Shown piece after piece: positions 24,212 to 38,760 of a stretch of DNA of 64,000 bases. This stretch comes from Auanema rhodensis (taxonomy: Eukaryota; Animalia; Nematoda), in contig OZ059899.1 in the NCBI GenBank assembly GCA_964057225.1, positions 11,532,001 through 11,596,000 of the forward strand, written 5' to 3'. The translations under genes and the position numbers were made by a program. Numbering within the stretch: position 1 is the stretch's first letter; each line of letters starts with the position of its first letter. The notes under the pieces are model-generated. The model saw only the letters and a list, made by a program, of their open reading frames with translations, searched no databases and had not been told where the DNA came from.

Positions 24212-26923
24212 TTAAGCATATAAGCCTAAGCGATATACTTTTGTTGCGAGGAATGAATGCAGAATAAACACTATAGGTTTGGCCGAAGTCATTAAGTCCA
24301 TCTCCTAGAATGTTATATTTGAAAAAATTGTTTTTATTTGTTGATGTTGTTGTTGGATAAATTTCTTGTTACTACTAAATATGAATTATATTCCGTTTGA
24401 GCTTATATACCAAAATGTTCGAGGTAAATACCCTTTATCTACTTTTTTGAAGTTTACAAATTCATGAAAACATTGATTTCATTATTTCTATAATTATATT
24501 CTTTAACTTCCAATTACTTGTTCAACGTTGAAAGTAGGCTTAATTTTCAAAGAGCTTAATCTCATCACGTTAAAACATGTTTGACAATTTTTTCTTTGGC
24601 TGTTTAGTAACAATTCTATCATAGCTTTAACTAATTAACAAAACCTTTCTCTCGTTCGATAATTTAAATAGCATTTTCAGACATGCTTGGAAACCTATTA
24701 TATATTAATATAGTCAGAATTTATGCTTCATCTGTTTTCAGTACAAAAGTACTTTCATCATCCTATCTGCAAGCTTAATTTGGAGATGTATAGCAGTATA
24801 TTAAATATAAATTAGGTATTTTTGTTATGGAATAGCATAATCACGTCAGTAATTATGAAGAATTCTATTTACGAACCTGCTCTCCCTGTGGTGGGCCAAA
24901 GTCAATCCAAAGAAAACGTCCTCCGTCATCTCCAGTTGCGCGAATTGATTCAAATGGATGTTGCCATATGACCTATAGTAAATAATAGGAAATTATTATT
25001 ATTTTATATTTGAACCTCTCCGTTGGCCCCATACATAGATATACCCATGTCAATGTTTATGACTAATTCACAATTATCACCTCTCCAAACACAGGGTGCA
25101 GATATCTGTGTTTCTACCGATGTTATATCATTAAGTATATTGTTTTCCTCACCTGTCCTGTATCTGTACACGCTTCATAACTACCTAAAACTAAGGCTCT
25201 TACCCATCGAGCCAAATCAGCATGCGTTTCTACTCTAAGGGTATGCGATCTAACACCATGCTGTGTTCCAGTTCTAATTCTCAACGAGATAGTATCTGAT
25301 AAACCTAAAAAAATTATATATTACTATTTCAATATATTGTTAGTGAACCTTTCATTATCGGTACTGATCGCGAAGTTGTTTGTACTACTCTAGTTGCAAC
25401 TAAAGGTCGACTTAATCTAGGCTCGGCCCATTCGGATTTTAGCTGAGGAACCGCATCATAAAACAAAAGTTCATTTTGTGTTAAAGTTATAAATCGGGGT
25501 TTCCAAACAGTCACGCTTTCTTCAGTTATCTGATGAATTTAAGTTTAGGTGAAATCCAATGTATTCGCTTACCTGCTCAGCTACCCACCCCATTCGACGC
25601 ACTTGCGGATGTCCACCAAGCATCAAGTTCACCTTAAGATTTGAATTGATAGCTTTTTGATAGACTTGGAAAACCAAGTATCTTAATTAAAACTTACTTG
25701 TGCTAATGCTTGAGTGAGCAGGGCATTGGTACATCCATGAACAGCTTCAAACCACGAATCTGCTTCCATAGCAGAAGAGCATCGAAAAGCTAATGAATAT
25801 CTTCCTGATGGGCTTCTCATCTAGAATGAATGCTAGTATATTTTATGTAATTCTTATATTCATTGATTTATCTCAGCTTTTGATTTATGGTTGTTTTTAT
25901 CCAAGATTTTTTGTCTTATAAACATAACATCAATTTTTAAATTATTTGGTTTATGGATGGATGAGAAATTTGAAAAGCTAAATGTAATTTTTACTTCAAA
26001 TATTCGGCTTTCAGCATCGGCATCGATACCAGCTCGGGCGACATATGCCAACTTTAGTCCAATAGTTCTTATTCTGTCTCGTACTTCGTCATCCCAATCT
26101 ATTCTTTCCACAATATTATCTCGTTTCATATGTTCATCTCGTTTGTATTGTACTAAAAAAACAATTTAATTTCCTCTTCGATTATCTTACACATTTTTCA
26201 ATTCGAACAGTATTGCTTTTCAGGCTTACCATGTAAATCTACGACTCTTCCAGCTCGTTTCAATGCTCTAACAGCATCGTCATGAGTAGCATCAACTAAA
26301 CTATCTCCGTTTACAGCTAGAATAGCATCACCCACGAATAATTCGCCTGTTTGATCAGCTGCCATACCCTTGAAGATTTTACTGAAATCATTTAAATAAC
26401 AGCACTTACGAGATAGCATGCTCTTGATTTGACACTATCGTGATTTAAACCAATGTAATGTCTTACCTGATTATTATTGGCATGTTGTTGTCACGACCTC
26501 CTTTAATACTAATGCCTAAACCATTTCCATCATACTTCACTACTCTGACTGTTCGCTTTTCTGACTCCAAATCTTGGCTGTAGTCATTATCAATTGTCTA
26601 TAAATGGCTGTGGTAACACGAAATACTTTACTATTCAGGGCTTATTATGCTATTTTCCTTATAAAATATGAATGCTAGAGAGTGGAATTGTGAATGCTTT
26701 TCTTCAATGCTTATTTAAACCCTCCCCCTCTAGGAACATTCAATAGTCCATATGGTGTAAAATATTGAACGAAATTATTTGAGATATTATTCTCGAGATA
26801 TAGAAAAGAAGAAGCAAATCTTTCTACCTGTAATGTGATTGCCGTTGGATCTAATGTTGCATGTACACGATGCCATTGTTGTAAGAGGAGTACATCAAGA
26901 AGTCCGCTGCGAATCGCTGCCAT
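24212..26923 (-). CDS. stn-1: Alpha/beta-type syntrophin (split PH, PDZ, PH2, SU)
   Basis: [17 protein letters not shown](I)[26 protein letters not shown]; last exon 24304-24212 [30 protein letters not shown]. Confidence 0.92.
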
Positions 26924-28048
26924 CTGAAGACAAGCTTTGAACTACAACGACAAAAGGCCGTTTGTCTAAGAGACTGAGTTGTGACCAACTAGCTTGTGGA
27001 TGCTTCTGGCTCTCTGCGTGTCTGTTTCGTTTTGGTCTGGCTGGCCACTCTTTGAGCCTCCAGCTCAAAAGTGTATGGGCTAGCAGTCCTCTCTATCCTC
27101 TATTTCTTTCTTCTCGGTCTTTGCTTCTCTGCTCCTAACCCAAGGCAGTTTAGCTAGTTGTGTATGTATCTTTTTTCCTCTCCTGTTCATATTTTCTCTC
27201 CCTTGTCTGTTTTTCTTTAGATCCTCTCATAGTTTAGGGTTTCTCTAAGCTCATATTGCGATGTTCGTCTTGGTCCGTTGTTTCATTCCTCTTCTACCCT
27301 TCAAATCAATGACAGCTGATTATCTTTTGTTCCTATAACATACATTAACCATATTTCCTTATGGAGGTACGTGGTGTTCTAATGTTGTTTGCTTGTTTAG
27401 CCACACTTGATCCGTCAAAATAATGTTTTTTTTTGTTATTTCTCTTTAAACGATTCTATTTAGAATTGCAAAGATTTCGTTTTTCGATTAGACTAATATG
27501 TTGACGTTTGATAATATATTACCACGTACAACAAGTCTCATTTATGAGATCCCTCAATATTTGATGTTCACAACATCATATATAATTATACTAATGTAAT
27601 CATAACTGACAAATGGGATTGTGAAGTCAGTTTAAACATTTTATTAAATATCTCATTCAGAAAACAAGCAGAATTCACTGTTTTTCCAAAAGTTAATTTT
27701 TCATCTTGTTCGGAACGATATTTTAATGAGAGTAAGATATAATATTGAGTTTGTTTTGCTAGTTATTTTTCTTTGAGATACTTTTTTGAATGTTCAAAAC
27801 TCACTGTAATTTTCTAAATTTCACACGTTTCAATAATTGTGCTGCTACTCCACTGTACAACATATCATATTCTAATCCAATCACCAACACATTAATATAC
27901 ATACAAAACTTTCTATCTCTAAAATTCTTTGGAATATTTCAGATTTTAAAGAGAAATATTCATCTCTTTTTCAGATATGTCGTTAGAAACTAAACAATAT
28001 AGATAAAGTTCTGTTATTGCATTGGACCCTGCTTCTCTATGCTACTAG

Positions 28049-28286
28049 ATGTGCCAGCCACCTCGTATCGATCAGCTGCCGCTCAACTCTGTTGTGTTAG
28101 TTTCGGGCATCTGAAGTAAAAGGATCACGAGTTTCTTGTCGGTTCAACCTTGTACATAGCTTTTCCATGAAGATGTCTCGATTGAAAGCGAAACTAATCA
28201 GAGAAAGTGTAAACAAACGTTATGGCAACTCCAATGTCATGGCCCAATTACACCTGAAGCTTGAGTCGGCACAAAAGGCTGCATAA
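28049..28286 (+). CDS. Candidate two-exon small ORF (57 aa), function unknown
   Basis: Exons 28049-28095 and 28160-28286 with a 64-nt GT-AG intron give MCQPPRIDQLPLNSVVFSMKMSRLKAKLIRESVNKRYGNSNVMAQLHLKLESAQKAA*; coincides with a GC-richer patch. Confidence 0.45.
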
Positions 28287-28643
28287 GGGGCTTCGGGTTG
28301 AAAATGTTCTTAAAACCTTGCTATAATCAAATTTTCCTTTAATTTATTCAGAATGTAATTTATTCTGTAAATTATTTTTATCACGATATGAACAAATTGC
28401 TCTTTGTTTTTTTCATATTATTATCGTTTCTTATCATATTATAATTTTATCTAATAATTTTTCTCATTTCATAAACAATGCCTTATATCATTCACGTTTC
28501 TCATTAATGATCTTATTTCTTGATTGTAATTTTAAAGGCATTTATTCTTCAATTTCAAGGCTTAGTTCGATCATTCGTTTTAAAAATTGATTATTTCCAA
28601 CAAATTTGTTGTTTTTACAGTTCTAGTCGGAATACGGGTGTTC

Positions 28644-30106
28644 ATGGAGCTCACTGGTTTTCGCCATCAGGTACTTGATTCATTTATACTAATATGTAAT
28701 CAGCGAGTTAAAGGTTGGGGGCCACTTTGGGCTTTTGCAGTGTGCTGGGCACGTCGCAAAACCAATCAACAGGCGAGAAATGGAGTTTTATGAGCTCATG
28801 GGAGACAATATTCGACAGTTTGCTCCTGAGTATTGTGGTTAGTATTTTCAAAACAATATACACTTCTTAATTATATGATTCAGGCCAAGTCCGTGTGTGT
28901 GCTACAGTTGATGAAGATGGCGATTTACATCTTGTAACTGATTCACCATTGATTTGTCACCCCGAGCCGTCCACTGTAAGTTGCAAAGTTTTTTCTAAAT
29001 GTTTTTCACTATGCATTTTGGAACTATTATGTTAGTCCTGAATGAATTGCTTTCAGTTTCGAAAAGAAACCATGGCTATGTCATTTCGCGTTGGGAAAGG
29101 GGGTAGAGTGGAAGTAGATTTAGACAAACCAAGCAACCATTGGGCAGCTACGTGTCAGAGTAAAGTATGTCTACTTATATTTTATTTAGCAATATAAACA
29201 CTTTAGGTTGTACAAAAACTGTTAGAAGGTTCATGTTCGCGTTTTATACTTTTAGAGAATGTAGTAGCATCATATTCGAGACCTTGCATTTTAGATTTGA
29301 AAATAGGAACTAGGTTTGTCAACAACATCTTAAAGAAAATTCAGGCATGCTTTTAGGCAGCATGGTGATGATGCCTCTGAGTCGAAGCGGCATCGGCAGC
29401 TTCGCAAATGTCGGGAATCAACTAGTGCTTCTCTTGGAGTTCGAATAGTTGGCATGCAATTATATGAACCAAAAACTAAAGTAATACTCTTTGCAATATT
29501 TATTTCATCTTATTTTTTTTCTTTTAGTCATATTCTTTTGTCGATAAACAGGAAGGACGACGAATAGATCAAACTCAATTTAGAATGTACATGCAAAAGT
29601 TTGTGAGATATTGCGGAAATTCTCGAGCTGCTAAATTACGCCAAAGGTATCCTGAGTTGCTATCCTACTTCAGCAAAACATTATCTTTTTCAGATTACGA
29701 GCCCTTCGTGAAGTTCTTTTGGATGCTCCTGGTTATCGATTTTTCTCTTCCTCAATTCTTGTAGCGTTTGACGCTGATGCTCAGGTTAGAGTAAGACAAA
29801 GCTGTTTTATACTTTTTATTCAATTATATTAGGACAGTAGTTTTGAGGATGCTATTCGGGTGATAATGATAGATTTTGCACATTCAACTTTTACTGGATT
29901 TTTCAACGTAATCCCCAGATTTTTAAAAAATCAAGCTCTAATATCAATTTCAGGATTCGGTTTATGATGGCCCTGACGATGGTTGTCTGCTTGGCATTGA
30001 CAGTATTTTAGCGGCTATTGATATAGCTCCAGCATCACTGTCCGTGCCGACTGTTCAATCAGTTGCAGCTGTTGCATTAACTGATTCAACGTTTCCGGAT
30101 GTTTAA
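28644..30106 (+). CDS. IP6K: Inositol hexakisphosphate kinase
   Basis: [16 protein letters not shown], signature [47 protein letters not shown]. Confidence 0.93.
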
Positions 30107-30757
30107 GAACTTTTAATAATATTAAACTATGAGCTTTACTGGAAAACATATTTTCCGAGCTTGTGCTGTTATTTGTAAATATGGTCTTTCAGCTGCCTAA
30201 TATAGATTTCCTACTTATATGCTTGAATCTCTTTAATTTTCAAATACTAAAAAGGCCCTTCTTCGTGATCACTTCATATTGCCTTGTCTCTGCTCATAGA
30301 GATCGTACTGACACATATCATATGTATATTCACATAGTTTTTACTAGAAGTTTTCTCTAGATAATATAGTGCGTGTATTGAAATCAACTCATATCCAATC
30401 ATGTTTTTCTTCCTGTCGACTTCTTGCATTACTCAAGATTATGTTCACCCCCCGCCCTTTCACGTGACTTTGAAATAGTATCTTACACGTTCTCTAGGAT
30501 TTACTCGTAAAGTCTTTATTTTAAAAAAATCCTGTAAAATAAAAATATATACATTTATTATTACTATCTGATTATAACCCAAACAATTTCAAAAGAATAT
30601 GTTATTAAGATACCCGGTTATCTAAAGATAACAATATGATGCCAACATCGGAAATCAATATGAAATGTAATAGAGGCCCTTAGGCTAATTAGACCGCTTA
30701 TCCGCTCAAAACAGTATAAGAAGTAGAAATGGTCGTTTTTCATATAAAACAGAATAT

Positions 30758-32250
30758 TCACGCTTCAGTATCTTCGGTATCTAGTAGCTTGTGGGTTGAG
30801 TCGTCATTTATTTTTGATAGGTGTGATCTATAATAATGATTTAAAATAAAAGTATCAGAAAAAGACATAGGAATAAAGAATTGCTTAACATCATTAACAA
30901 AAATCTCAAAAAAATAATGGGAACCGAACAAAAATGAAACGAAAAACAAATCAAACCTTTGTCTTCTGCGAGTAAAAGCGTGCAATAACATTCCAGTGAA
31001 ACAAAGAATTAATCCTACACTGTTCATATAACTCAATTTATCATTATTTATAAGATGAGCTAATAATAAAGTTGTAATTTCCTGAAATATTGAAATTATT
31101 TAAAAATAACTGTATGTAACAAAAACCTTAACAATCCCAAAAATATTCAGAGTAATTCCTGAAGTATTAACAAGAAGAAGATATTCTAAAACCGAAATAT
31201 GGAATTTTTAACTTGAAATGAAAAACTCAAACCTGAAAGTTCCATGCAAAATGCTAACAAGCCTCCAATTGCAATTAATAATAAAATTTTGTATGGCGCT
31301 TCTACCCCATTATAGAAAAATACAGTTTCGTATGATAAACTAGGGCCTTAAAAATAATAAGTAATATAATCTGAGAATATTCATTTAAACCTTCAAAAAC
31401 TAAAACTAGTGGTATAATAGGAATAAACATCCATGGCTGAACATGGGCTACCATATCCAATGGGTTTCTCACAGCATGCTCGTCTCTTTGCATGACAAGC
31501 TGGGAAACAGTCCATCTATATATATTTAATCGTTTAAACAAGTGCGTGATAATCAAAACATACCTAATACCGGTACATGAAGCAGCCAATTCCACAAGAA
31601 GTAATCCTGTGAAATCAAGTTGAGCACTTTGCCAAGTGAAAAGAAATAAACCCATGGCTATGAAGCCAGCTTCTACTCCCAAAGATGTTCGCCATCTAGA
31701 TTTCATAATTGATTTTTAAAAAAATTCAAGATTCAACCTTTCTAATCTTAAAAGAAGAGAAAAGGCGACGATGAACAGAATTGAACTGGATTTCGCCATA
31801 GTATACAAGCTTACTGTAACATATTCAAGGGCCCAATTGGATAAGCCAATATCCAAGGAGGCGCAAATTCCAATAGGTGCAAGCCATCTAACATATGAGA
31901 AAAATAATAATTGCTAAACACAAAACAACAAACATACCGTACTTGTTCACGAATAGATAACCTGAGTCGCCGTGGATTACAACATTCGTATATTGATCGC
32001 ACACCAAGGGCAGACAACCATTTCAAAAGATAATGTCCACTTACTACAAGGAGTGGTAACTTGTAATTCTGAACAATTAAATAAATATATTGCAGTACTG
32101 GTTAACAGACTTTGATGAACCATTTCTGATAAAATGTCAATCCAATTGACAATGTGTAGTATAATAAAACTATTGCTAAAACTTTCCAAACCATCTTTGA
32201 ATATTTACAGTACGGTATAAGTTAAAATCTCAGACCACAAAAATTGACAT
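30758..32250 (-). CDS. SLC35C2: SLC35C2-like nucleotide-sugar transporter
   Basis: YYTLSIGLTFYQKW, ASLDIGLSNWALEYVT..LYTMAKSSSILFIVAFSLLLRLE, NPLDMVAHVQPWM, TSGITLNIFGIVKE. Confidence 0.9.
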
Positions 32251-32851
32251 CTGAAAAGCAACAGCTTTGGTAATCAAATGTAAAAAAGTCAAAAAATCAA
32301 TCATTCAAGATTTGTTGGTTTTATTTAATTGGAAACAAATGACACGAAAGTGGAACGACAAGAACAGTTCTTTATAATGATGTAGAAATAGATAGCTGAA
32401 TATAACCTAATTCGAATGAAGTTGAAATTTTAAATTTTTTTCACAAACTTTGATTAAATTGCAAGATTTCTCAATAAAAATGAGCTATGCATATATTGTT
32501 ATGTTTTTTAATAACAACTAGCACCATCAATTAAAAAAAAACAGCGGGAGGAGTGTTTAATATTATTGTTGATCAGAGTATATTATACAAATGTTCATAT
32601 ATATTTATATAGATTTAAGAATTTAAAAGTAAATATCTTTATATTTATGAATTATACGCTTTAGGGGTCCACGTGAGGTGTTAAGAAAACAACGTATTAG
32701 TTGTTGTCCTACATTTTGCGTACTATTTTTTGATGCATTTTCAGTTACACGCTTGCTGCTTTTCAAAACTTATAATGCATAAAACGCTTTTGGTGGAAAA
32801 TTAAAACAACTTTTATATTTTACAGACATTTTTGAAGTCCTTAGGGACTTA

Positions 32852-35504
32852 ATGCCTAGAAGAATAGACAATAGGTGAAGGACTTCCTTCTAACTCATTC
32901 TTATTCATGTTACTTTTAGCATAGATGATTTTATTGTAAACGATGATGAAGAGACGGTAGCATCTGATAACAGCTCAGGTGCTTTCTTATCAAATATTTA
33001 AAATATTGAAGTATATCTTTAGATATTTTGTCCTTGGACGATTTTGATTTTTCTTATACACCTTCTGGTTTGGAATCTCATACTCAAGCCAGTACTGCTT
33101 CATATCACTCCCCAGTACACAATATAGGTGTTGAAATATAAATATCGTATTTGAAATCAATAATTGATAGATGATGATCTGGACGATAATGTGATTACAC
33201 AGACACCACAGGACAGTAGAAGATCATCCCTGGTTCGTACTCGAAATACTACTCCACCTGCTTTACCTCAATCGGGAAATAATTCTTCTGATCAGCCTGA
33301 AGTATTGCATGTTTCTCCACCTCCCATCCCCGATCCAGTTCCGGCTCCCATGGAAATCCCCCAAAATAATAATCATGAAGAATCTTCACCACCCAATCCA
33401 ACAGTGATCACATTGGATGATGTTGTTTTCAGAATTTTTTTAAAAACTTTTATCAGCTATTGCTCAGGACCCTAGCGGTAGTCCAGTTCGTAAACGAAGG
33501 CGCGTGATCATAGATGATGACGATGAAGCTGGGTTTGTGATTTATCCCACGTTTTTCGTGATTTTTCATATTTCCTTTAAAGACCTAGCACAGCGCCTGA
33601 GAAGCCTGCTCCTGTTGTCGAAGAAGAAGAAGATGATGGCTGCACCATTTGTTATGAAGTAGAAGAATATTTGTTGCTTGTATTAACATTTCCTTAAATA
33701 GGATTTTTCCAACTGTGGTGACCATCGTTTAGTATCACTAAAATGTGGTCATTTTTTTGGGAATTCGTGTATATCTCGATGGATTCGCGGAGAGGGGAGA
33801 TCTGCTACATGCCCTTCTTGTAAAGCGAAGGCAACTGTAAAAGACATTCGAGTCCATTATTGTAAAGCTTTTAAGGTTCCATCTTACTTCATGCTTTTCT
33901 TTTTATTGGATTTGTTTCAGATTACAGACACTACAGAGCTAGAAGAATTAAAACAAACAAAAGTTTTACAAGAAAGAAGAATAGCAGAGCTTGAGCTTGA
34001 AGTAGCTAAACAACAAAGAATAGTTTCTGAGCTACAAAATAAAATGAAACAGAAGTAAGCATTGTGGATATATTGCGAAACAGTTGTATTTCAGTGTCCC
34101 ATCTTCTTTATCGGTTACAAGAAGAGCTGGAAAGATAGTGTTAACGGCATTAACAAAAATTTTACTAACTAAAGAATCTTCAGGATGTGGGTTCTACATA
34201 GATAATTCTTATAATCCCTTCCGTTTAGATGCTAGAGCTTTCGATTTTGACGGGTCAAATTTAGTTGTTGGTGTTAAAAATGCTGGGAATTTATTTTCAC
34301 CGTTCGCTTTACGGACTATTGGATGGGTATTACATATTCAATGTATCTAATTTTAAAAATATGTTTAGAATAATAATTCTTTCCAAGCAAGAGATGCTAG
34401 ACCATGTCATTCTAGTCGTACACGTGTAGTATGTTTTTCACCATTCCAACCCAATTTACTTCTTACAGGTTATTTATTAACGTTATTAACTTTAATATTT
34501 CTTCATAATAATTGTTTTTATCTTGGGAGATTATTATAGGTGGCGAAGATAAATGCGCAATTATACATTATTTCGCAGAAAAACGCGAAAAAAAGAAATA
34601 TAAAATGCCTTATGACAAGCAAGTTTGGTCTGGATGTTGGGTTTCTGATGATAAGGTAAGTACGAATTTGGATATCAAATAACATATATATTCAGATAGC
34701 TGTAGGCTGTAATGATGGACGTGTATGGGAATATGATCTCCGTTCCGATTCTACAGAACCAACGAGAGATATGACTCAAGGTGTTGGACTAATGCCCATA
34801 ATATTCGTATCGTATGATATATGTTGATGAACGATTTTCTATTATACTATTCTTTTAGGTCAGATCCTCGACTCGGTGTTCTACTAGTAGCATCTTTTAA
34901 AACATTTGTTGCCTTTCGAAATGATAGAGCATTCCCTCTTGTAACTTGCGCAAGTATGCGATTTAAAGAAGTTATTTCATTAAAAATTGCATTCAGATGG
35001 TGAAACCATACGTAGTGTATCATGGGATGAGAGTTCTTTGTATTTTATGCTTTCGTTTAAAGCTCCTTCCGGTTTCATCCATCGGTTATATAAATTAGAT
35101 GTGGAGGAGAACGGAGAAATGGTTAATATAAATAGTTGAATTACTTCTTAATTTGGCCATTGTTCAGATAACTTGTGTCGAAAAAGATGTTTGGGATAAC
35201 ACAAAAGCATTCAAATGCTCAACTTTTTGGTATAACTGTCTGTTTTCTACTGAAAGTGGACTTTTTGCTGTTATATTTAATGAAGACGAACAGCGTTTAG
35301 AATGTTTTGACTGGTCCAGAAAACGAACTACTGTAAGCATATTCCTACAGCTTTTGAACATTTTTTTTATAGGTAATGATATCTTTCACCATGGGTAATC
35401 CTTCGATGATGCAGGCTGTTCCTGGCCCTGATTCTAGAGGAAAAGTCATTTTCATACTCACCGAACGCTCAATGTTTGCTTTAGACTTTAAACTTTCAGA
35501 TTGA
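32852..35504 (+). CDS. RFWD3: RFWD3-like RING - coiled-coil - WD40 E3 ligase
   Basis: Disordered N-terminus, RING CTICYEDFSNCGDHRLVSLKCGHFFGNSCISRWIRG..CPSCK, coiled coil, WD repeats (VWSGCW, GCNDGRVWEYDLR). Confidence 0.85.
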
Positions 35505-38157
35505 CAGTTTTTATTGACTTGTTTAGAAATTGTTTTAACAAAAATGTAAAAATAACTTAATTTTTCGCGTTTTGACCAAATGAATTTTTTACTCGGTTTC
35601 TCTCCTCTTTTCTCAACAAATATACGAATATGCATTTAGCTCTGTGCCCTGAGGCTTTCCAGAAATATGTATTCTTAATAGATGCCACACTGAATTAGTG
35701 CCTCAGATTTTCTTTTACGTATTCTGAACATTATTTTTGAAGTTTTCTACGGCTTTGCTCGACTTGTAATTATATGCTTGTGTGCCTTCAGAGATCTCAG
35801 TATTGTTTGTGACTTTTTTTCAAGGATTTTTTTATAAATATCATAATATCTTTATTGGAGTATATATTCTGTATTAAAAGAATTTATATTTTTTATAATA
35901 GAGGGTCTCATTATTTTGCCCAAAATTGTTGAATAATGCCAGTTGTTTGCCCAGCTTCAGCTTCGTTGATTCGAATGTTTCTCATGAAATCCATTTATAT
36001 TATGTTTGTTCTTTTTGAATTTATTTGACCTTATTTGCCGAAATATGCAAACTTACATATCCGAATTTGTTTCTCATTCTATTTTCATTACATTAACTAC
36101 AGAAAAGGATAATTATATAGTTTCAGCAACGTATTCGAATCATAGTTTCACGCTTCCGTGGCTCCGCCTCGGCGAACACTCTTACGAATTTGACAGTTAG
36201 TTTAAGAAAAAATAAATCTTTTTATTATTATTGAAATGTAAACAAAATGTTTTGTTATGAATAAAACATTTTAAAAGATAGAATAAAGCTGTCAATTATA
36301 ATATTTGAAAATATTGCTTCATGTAAAGCAGCAAAAAACTTATTCAAATAGAAAACTTCTTTTTTTTTGCAGAATATTTCACCCTAACATTGTTTCTTTT
36401 TTAAAGAAAACCTAACTGAATATATTCATGAAAAAACAGTTTACACATTGTTTTTACATTTAAATAAAGAAGAATTTAACCGCCTATTCTCACTATATTC
36501 TCAGCTTTAACTATTCCACCCTGTTAAAATTTTGACGCCAAATGGTTTCGATAGATTCCAGTCCCACCCCCCACTCATCCACATCACTTTTTTCCGTTTC
36601 AATATTTTTGAAGAAGAATATATTTTGAAAATCTGTCGTTATTTTGATTTTTCATTCAAATAAATATGTTTTTATACCAATATTAAACTATATAATTTCT
36701 ATTTTATTAAAACTTATTTTACCTATTTGTATGTATAATAGAAATTTTTAAATTATTCTTTAGTTTGGAGCTAACATTGGGAAAATTAATGAGCGAGGCT
36801 ATACATCTTTAACTTCTATTTGATCTGAAAATTATTAAATTCATCTATGAACACGAAAATAATACTGTCCCACTACTCAAAATCTTTTCCTCATATTTCT
36901 GATTATGTACGATCCAGTGTGTGAAGATTGAGAGAACTTTCATTGTTTGTATGGTCATCAATGGTTTTATATAACTAAACAACTACTATTATAGTAAATT
37001 ATGGTATAAATGTATAAATTCATATTCGATGCTTTAATCATTTAAAGTCATAGAGTAAATATTGGGTTAGGCTGCTCAAACTTCTCAGGTTTCGACTTGC
37101 AAATGAATTTTTTTCAGTTTGGAGTATTTTGTTGCCGCAGGGCAACGTTTAACTTTTCTCAAATTATAGAATCTGGCATTATTGTTTCATTTTTTACTTT
37201 TTAGCTTTCATTATATAGTTATATAATTATGTATTCATATGGCTTTGTGAGAATACAAACCGAGAAAAGATGATGTTGCTAATAACATTAGGTTAATGGG
37301 TTGAAAATTTCAAAAATAGCGACTGGTGGTAGACTGAAAAGACGGCATTCAGATTCTACAAAGCTTCCTTCCACGATTTTTTAACTTTACCGAACCGTGA
37401 AAAAAAGCAAAACATTTCGCAAATCTCTCTCTCTCTCTCTTTCCTACTCTCTTACTCTCTTCGCCTTCCTATCCATAGCTTTTCTCTTCTTGTAGCTTTC
37501 CTCATCTCTACTTGTTCAATTCTTCCTTCTTCCCTCGTTTGTTAAAAGTCTCAAATTGAATTATCTCCGAATAGAATTTGGTAAAAGCGTTCAGTAAAAG
37601 AAAAAAATTGTATGTATGTATATGTATATCTTAACAAACATGAACAAGCTTTGTGTTTATTTCCAATTCAGTTTATATCCAATGATAATGCAAAGAAATC
37701 TGGTAGAAACTACGTACACTTACACCATCTTCATGCTTTAATTTAAAAAAAAGCCGAAGATTTGGTTGTTCTTTTTACTTTTTTTCAAAAATCTCAGAAA
37801 TCAGCATAAAATAAATTTAAAAATTACCAACTTCTGGAGAAGTAAATGAATTTTTAAGAATTTACGTAATTTCCATGTACTATCTTGAAGCTCTGTCTTC
37901 CAAAATTATTTTGTATTACCAACTTTAGACACAAGTATGCATAGTAAAATATATTATATTTCATTAACAATACACTTGATTGTTAAGTTTTAATATAAAT
38001 AAAAATTATAATTTTAGTGATATATCCGTCTTGGTAACTTTGAGTTATGCGTATTCGTTCATACATATATTCTGGTTATGTTAGAACGAACTGTTTTCTG
38101 TAATCCCTGCCGATTCTTCCTTTGTACATCTCTCCCTATCTCCCCAGTCAAGTTTCT

Positions 38158-38264
<107 letters not shown>

Positions 38265-38690
38265 GTCTCCTTCTTGTACATCTTATATCTAATTTTTTTT
38301 GTTTCTCACTATAAATTCTAGAATCTCTCTGTCAAAATTCATTTTTTCTTAACAGATCTCTTATTTTTATTTTCAGCCTCATCTCTTTTCAAATCTGCAT
38401 ATTCACTGTAGATCATTTTTAAAGTTTTGATCTATTCTGCTTTTTCGTTCCAGCCAGTTATGGCTTCTTCCTATTATGTCTGAAAACTAATCAAAATTCC
38501 ATTTTTCATTTTTTTGTATGTTTCTTTCATTTTCCCTTTTTTCACAATTCTATTCTCTCACATCAGTAACACATGTGGGACGCATGATTCGACAAGCATT
38601 AAGGATTTTATATTGTAAGCTAGTCAATGTGCACATATATGTATCTATCTATCTATCTAAATATATAAATATATAAAAAAACTATCTAGA

Positions 38691-38695
<5 letters not shown>

Positions 38696-38758
<63 letters not shown>
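38696..38758. repeat. (TA)n microsatellite, about 31 units
   Basis: Perfect dinucleotide run. Confidence 0.98.

Positions 38759-38760
<2 letters not shown>

Noticed and set aside
32230-32250. Apparent uORF MSIFVV* before SLC35C2
   Set aside because: Better explained as coding exon 1 joined in frame by a 41-nt GT-AG intron
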